Assembly (NCBI GenBank): GCA_030141605.1
Contig: JAQGDQ010000318.1
Span: forward strand, 124,001 to 188,000
DNA length: 64,000 nt
Source of the DNA: Tubiluchus corallicola
Taxonomy: Eukaryota > Animalia > Priapulida
Direction of reading: 5' to 3'
Shown: positions 61,131-64,000 of the stretch, piece after piece
How the letters are laid out: each line of letters opens with the position of its first letter
Numbering within the stretch: position 1 is the first letter of the stretch
The notes under the pieces: model-generated
Told to the model about the DNA's origin: nothing
What the model saw: only the letters and a program-made list of their open reading frames with translations
Databases searched by the model: none
Program-made: the position numbers and the translations under genes

Positions 61131-62219
61131 ATTAAGCAGTAACAAGTTGCTGAAACTTTGCACAGATGAGGCAATAAGACAGCACTGACGAGGATACTGA
61201 TGCTCAGTGGTGGTTGCTATAGCAATTATAATAACTAACTAGACCGTGGCAGCAATAACCCAAACAAACAAACAGACAGACAACAAGGAGAGAAGTTAAG
61301 AATGTCAACCATCTTGGATATCGGGAAAATTGGACTTTCCCAATATGAACGAATAAATGAATATAATATTTCAAGGTAAATTGGAAAACTAAAACTAAAC
61401 TAAACAAAAACTGTTTAAACGCTGGTCATTGTCCACTATGCAATCATGACTGCCGGTGCTTATCCTTGCTTGACCAGTGGTCAACGTGAGAAGTAAATAT
61501 TTATTCCCTTCACAATAGTTGTTTATCCCTTGCACAGAAATACCTGTCCTGACTACCTGTTTTGTAAATGCATGTCTATGGGCCTGGCTAAGCCTGCCTG
61601 GAATGTTCAAAAGAGTTGACCAAACCCTCATAAAGCGGTCAGTTCACACTGCTGGGCGCCCCAGAGGAGAATAATTACTGGTCCTTGTATGCCTAGTGTC
61701 CAAAGCATTATTATGGCTTAAGAAAGTCGACTCAATCTACAGTCTGAAACGGTTACTAAAGCGAAAGCTGACTGCATTGACTTTTCGTAGAAGTTAAAGG
61801 AGAAGAAACGAAAATTTTAAAGTGTGTCTCAAAAAATTTCCCATACAATGTTATATTAAATAGCATTGCGCTTAGCTATTTGAAATACTTGTATAATTGG
61901 AAAGGAAAATTCTTAAAAATTTAAAATTTTCTCTCCAACTTGTTTAGCGTCACTGGCTCACTATTCCAGAGTGCATCACAGATTCACCAAAAACACGTTA
62001 TTGATCAAATGCATGAAAGAGGCAGCCTAGTGTAGGTTAGAAACTTTCGTTTTTAAGGAAAAATATATTAATAATCTTTATTTGCCATAAAAATCGATAT
62101 TCACAACTATAAAAGCATAAAGAACATCGCAGCATGAGAATAAAATTCACACAACTGTTAAAGGCAAATGCGTCCTGTGCAAACTAAAAACTACTGTGCC
62201 AAAAATTTAAAACAAAAAT

Positions 62220-62880
62220 ATACATTATAATATTACACCGAAATTATAATAGACTATATACAATATATACATATAATTTAAAATGGACGTGGGTAAATAA
62301 AATTTGTGGATGAATATATATTATCGTTTACGTATGTTGGATTTTCAAAACGATTTAATGTATGTATTTTTAATTTTGATTTGAATTCGTCAAAAGACTT
62401 GATTTGTTTTAAATTTGATGGCAGGGTATTCCAAAGTTGAACTCCTTGTTTAGTGTTAGAATTGTTGCCATATTTGTTATTAGTGCGTATTTGTCTAATA
62501 TTGTGTGTTCTTGGATTTAATGTTGGCTCCAAGAGGAGTGGAAGCTTATTTTCGACGAAGGGCGTGTTAATTTGTTGATGTATTTATATAAAAACAAGAT
62601 TGTGTAGAAGTCTTTATGTGCTTGTAAAGTTGGGATTTTAAACATTGTTCTTAATTCTGTTGCAGAGGTTTGATTTGTTATGAGGGACGTTTTATTTGAA
62701 TAGCCAACAACTAATCTTAATGCATAATTTTGAAGACTATTTAGTTTGTTATAGCTGTCTCTTGAAACATCATGAAAAAGTGTGCATCCGTATAAAAAGT
62801 GCGGTAGAATGAGAGTTAGAATGATAGTAGATAGATAGATACATATTTTGTTTCTGCAAATCAATTTTCTTACACGAAAA
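62220..62880 (-). mobile_element. CR1/L2-group LINE 3' fragment (frameshifted)
   Basis: LILPHFLYG, KLNSLQNYALR, GVQLWNTLPSNLK..S..EFKSKLK motifs split over two frames. Confidence 0.8.
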
Positions 62881-62984
62881 TTACAAGATCAACGTAAACC
62901 CGATGGTTTTATCAGCGGGCAGGGCTCGGACAATGATTTCCAGATCATACTAACGATTTGACCCAACATAGCTGCACAAGGTAT

Positions 62985-63335
62985 ATACACAGATATACAA
63001 ATTTAGTTTCAAACTCTCTGTTTCAAAAACTATTAACTAATCATTTGTACACATTTGATAAACAAATATTTTACCTATATGATAATCACAATGATGCGGT
63101 ATTATGCCGTAACAAATCTATACTATTTAATTCAAAAATCTATGCATGCAGTCATAAATGATATTGACTTTAATTCTCCATCAAATAAATTTGCAATATT
63201 ACTATAATTTAACGCGTACAGAGATCTAAAAAGTGCATTTTCTGTCTGCATTTCTCCACAGAGACACAGCCTGCGCTCACGAGGTACATTTGCCCAACGA
63301 CCTGTTTCTATACCTAGATTGTGGGTTGAGACTCA
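62985..63335 (-). mobile_element. RTE-X-like LINE 3' fragment
   Basis: THNLGIETGRWANVPRERRLCLCGEMQTE, same C-terminal motif as the 28725-30361 element. Confidence 0.75.
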
Positions 63336-64000
63336 GTAGTAATGGTTAGCAAGAGAATTTACACAACGCTACAGCTAACGCAAACTCTGTATGCAATAAG
63401 ACAGCATGTAAGTGATATGAAATTTCAAGATGAATTTTTAAGCTTCATTTGCAATGGCTGTTTTCTTGTACTTTAACAGAATCTTTTGTTCAGAAAAAGA
63501 CAGGAATAATTGAAAAGTTTTCCCAATTTTAGAGACACAGAAATTTTAGAGGCATTAATATACAAAATATAGGAAAATATACATGAAATTTTGCTCTATA
63601 TGAGTAATAAGAGGCAAAAGATAAACTTAGCTATGGTACGAATAAAGTTAAGTATGCACATAAACTGGAATGAGATTTTAGTTAATAAAAACGTAAAAAA
63701 GGATAGGAAAATTAATTTCACTTTGACATATAATATGAAATTCGATTGGTAATGAATATAAACAGAATGGTAAAAAATTGCTAAGGTTTAAACGTATCAA
63801 ATTAAAAAAATGTTTGCTCTTTGCAACGTTACGTATTTGACTCTTGCTTTCTGGTTGTTGTGTAAGCTGTCCAGGAATGCATAGAATCCAGACAAAGACA
63901 TTCCTCTGCTTGGGTTAATGCAAAACTTCTGCTTCGTCATCAGAAAACACTGCATAAATTACCCCCATTGAAGACAAAAACCTTCTTGGCTGGAGGCAGA

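Noticed and set aside
63760-63940. Short minus-strand ORF MTKQKFCINPSRGMSLSGFYAFLDSL..
   Set aside because: At the window edge, with no domain similarity and only a weak donor

Overview
This is AT-rich, repeat-dense animal genomic DNA, not prokaryotic; a marine invertebrate is likely but the taxon cannot be fixed from sequence alone. There is one 15-N gap. The main host gene is a multi-exon forked/espin-like actin-bundling gene on the minus strand (~49976 to 15316). I assembled it by hand from 9 phase-compatible GT-AG exons (~1423 aa; polyproline, WH2-like and two IPxWKR motifs), with a probable internal first exon giving a ~211-aa short isoform. No ankyrin exons were found in the window. Other coding features: two intronless class A GPCRs (7533-8978 +, 56364-58391 -), an orphan CD225/dispanin C-terminal exon and a possibly decayed secreted LRR-like ORF. 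The rest is TTAA-targeting non-autonomous DNA transposons (piggyBac-like and at least five Kolobok-like families), hAT MITEs with 8-bp TSDs, LINE fragments, a tRNA-derived SINE, a solo LTR, many mini/microsatellites and a 61-bp satellite with a 20-mer higher-order repeat. The most notable structures are: an apparent composite transposition using a satellite built from transposon termini; a multi-level TE nest; tandem repeats seeded from the stop-codon region of two genes; an HSE+TATA LTR-like module; and an RFX X-box array. No CRISPR, rRNA or genuine tRNA was seen. Coordinates were counted by hand, so repeat edges are approximate.
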